Shown here: positions 62,390 through 64,000 of the stretch, one piece after another
How positions within the stretch are numbered: position 1 is the first letter of the stretch
How the letters are laid out: each line of letters begins with the position of its first letter
IMG/VR virus record: IMGVR_UViG_3300025381_001071
Length of the DNA stretch: 64,000 nt
Reading direction: 5' to 3' (one strand)
Origin: a virus
Notes under the pieces: generated by a model
The model's input: the letters and a program-made list of their open reading frames with translations, nothing else
What the model was told of the DNA's origin: nothing
Database searches by the model: none
Program-made: the position numbers and the translations under genes

Positions 62390-64000
62390 ACTTTACTGCT
62401 TCTTTTTTTAATATTATCAAATACTATAGCATATACAGGAACTTCAGGACTAGAGGGAATTTCTTTAGTAGTTGATTTATCCGGTATGGCTACTTCATAT
62501 TGTCTATAATCGCCCCAATCTCCCTCGCCTATATATCTATAGGTAAAGGAAAAATCAAGTTTATTAAATGTTGCTTCTTCATGAAGCATATGCGAAAAAC
62601 TTCTATCACTTCTGCCAGTATCACCCCATTCTTCAGGCTTGGCTAGTTTACGTGCTCGTTTGGCAGTATTACTTTGCATACGACTAAAATCTTGTGCATA
62701 GAAAGGCCCGCGCCGAGGATCGTCCTCGTCTCTATCATCATAGGGATTTTCAATTTGATTAAACTCATAATCAAAGTCTGCTTGCCAGCGTCCTTCATCT
62801 GTGATATCAAACTTAAATGTAGCGGTATACATACCAGGACCAAACTGTCCACCGAACTCATTTTGATCAATATCTGGATTAAACTTAATCTTAGCAGAAT
62901 ATCCGCCTCTAGCACGCCATAACATTCTAAAGAAAGGCCACATTTCATTTACTAATGTGTCAGCAAATGGATTAATATCAGGTTTGATAATGTTGTAGTC
63001 AAACTTTTCATATCCCACTTCGCGCACTGTACTAGGATTATCTAACACAACCTTATAGTGATCTACTGCTAACTTATGACGTCGTGGATAACTAAAAGGA
63101 ACTTCCACTGTGTCAATAATCATATCTAAGAATATAGAAAATGCTTTGACACGGGTCATAACATGGGTACCGCCTAGCTTAAAGTCCTGTGTAATCCAAT
63201 GATTTTGATACTTGTGATCACTTAGTCCAAACTTTTTAGGATTCTGTCCGATAATAGTTTCTGGTCCAAGACCAAAGCCAAATCCAGACCCTACATTATT
63301 GATATTCATGTTACGAACACGCCATAATAATGTCATACTGTCGGCTGCATCTTGGAAATCTTCTGTAGGGAAACCCATGATCCAGTTAGTGGCAGCATAG
63401 ATTCCTACTTCTTTGCCGTCACGGAAGTTCTGTTCCATTTCAGCAATAGTAACACCTTTGTCCATGTCATCTAATACTTTCTGACTACCACTTTCGATAC
63501 CATAGTTCAGAATGATACAACCACCTGCTTTAAGGTCTTTGAAGTATTCAAGATCCATGCGGCCGTCGCAACGAGCATAACCAGTCCAATGAATCTTTAA
63601 GTCTTTGGCCACAACAGCCTTACAGAACGCACGTAGTTCTTTTAGGTTACCATTAACTAAACTGTCAATGAACCAAATAATGTCTGTGCCTTTGTTGTAG
63701 TACAGCCATTCTACTTCGGTGATAAGGTCCACAGCCTGACGCTGACGATACTTCCAAAAGTGTGTTTCTTCACAGAATGTACATTTAGCAGTACAGCCAC
63801 GACTAATCTCACTGTTAACACCGTTAGGCAACTTATACTGATTGAAGTCAATACTTTCATAATCAGGCATAGGTAAGCCATTGATATTGATACGTTGATC
63901 TTCAGGCTGTGTTACATACTTTGGTCCTTTGAGAACAACACCGTTTTCTACTTCATCTAAAATCTCTAACAGTACTTGCTCACCCTCTCCGTTGACAACA
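62386..64000 (-). CDS. B12-binding-domain radical SAM enzyme, partial (5' end beyond the window)
   Basis: SRGCTAKCTFC (CxxxCxxC), YGIESGS; the frame stays open upstream of the track start and reads VVNGEGEQ (GEGE motif). Confidence 0.85.
   Translation of the reverse strand, partial: VVNGEGEQVLLEILDEVENGVVLKGPKYVTQPEDQRININGLPMPDYESIDFNQYKLPNGVNSEISRGCTAKCTFCEETHFWKYRQRQAVDLITEVEWLYYNKGTDIIWFIDSLVNGNLKELRAFCKAVVAKDLKIHWTGYARCDGRMDLEYFKDLKAGGCIILNYGIESGSQKVLDDMDKGVTIAEMEQNFRDGKEVGIYAATNWIMGFPTEDFQDAADSMTLLWRVRNMNINNVGSGFGFGLGPETIIGQNPKKFGLSDHKYQNHWITQDFKLGGTHVMTRVKAFSIFLDMIIDTVEVPFSYPRRHKLAVDHYKVVLDNPSTVREVGYEKFDYNIIKPDINPFADTLVNEMWPFFRMLWRARGGYSAKIKFNPDIDQNEFGGQFGPGMYTATFKFDITDEGRWQADFDYEFNQIENPYDDRDEDDPRRGPFYAQDFSRMQSNTAKRARKLAKPEEWGDTGRSDRSFSHMLHEEATFNKLDFSFTYRYIGEGDWGDYRQYEVAIPDKSTTKEIPSSPEVPVYAIVFDNIKKRSSKV

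Noticed and set aside
300-62948. Many short plus-strand and nested ORFs in the six-frame track (for example 42073..42474, 36697..37002, 12493..12789)
   Set aside because: They are antisense or alternate-frame shadows of well-supported genes, with no RBS, promoter or family motif.
1-64000. tRNA, tmRNA or rRNA genes
   Set aside because: Intergenic gaps are short, and none showed a cloverleaf with a T-loop and CCA end or tmRNA termini by eye.
1-64000. Alternative genetic code (stop codon reassignment)
   Set aside because: Known proteins (NrdA, NrdB, ligase, IscU, IF-1) are full length in the standard code, and TAA, TAG and TGA all appear as stops.

Overview
This 64 kb window is a densely coding, almost entirely minus-strand segment of a large lytic tailed phage. 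T4-like features are TATAAATA-type late promoters, a gp9/gp10-like N-terminus and a mobE-like HNH between nrdA and nrdB. The host is probably proteobacterial (possibly Burkholderiales); this is inferred from the protein families and not proven. From left to right: (1) a ribonucleotide reductase operon (nrdA, HNH, SGNH-like gene, nrdB, glycosyltransferase-like gene, glutaredoxin); (2) a tailspike-like gene, a PD-(D/E)XK nuclease and a run of probable virion hypotheticals; (3) a small plus-strand cassette (DUF3563-like ORF, small membrane ORF, Pat-type GNAT, conserved small protein) behind a promoter with a palindromic operator, then a GIY-YIG endonuclease and a hairpin-dense 280 nt region with overlapping small ORFs; (4) about 22 kb of tail fibre and adhesin genes (ILEI, fibrinogen, LamG, beta-propeller, collagen, C1q) with a pirin gene inside; (5) HNH, infA, DNA ligase, erpA-iscA-iscU and a SleB-type hydrolase; (6) an 18 kb glycan synthesis and tailoring cluster, open at the right edge (NDP-sugar SDRs, RmlC, split TPP enzyme, methyltransferases, 2OG oxygenases, SGNH paralogues, GT10-like paralogues, B12 radical SAM). 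The best candidate for an undescribed system is this cluster, possibly a virion or surface glycosylation pathway making an unusual branched sugar. A second recurring signal is a promoter embedded in an RBS-sequestering hairpin (three instances). No tRNA, CRISPR array, reverse transcriptase or recoded stop codon was seen. All family assignments come from motif recognition by eye, not from database searches.
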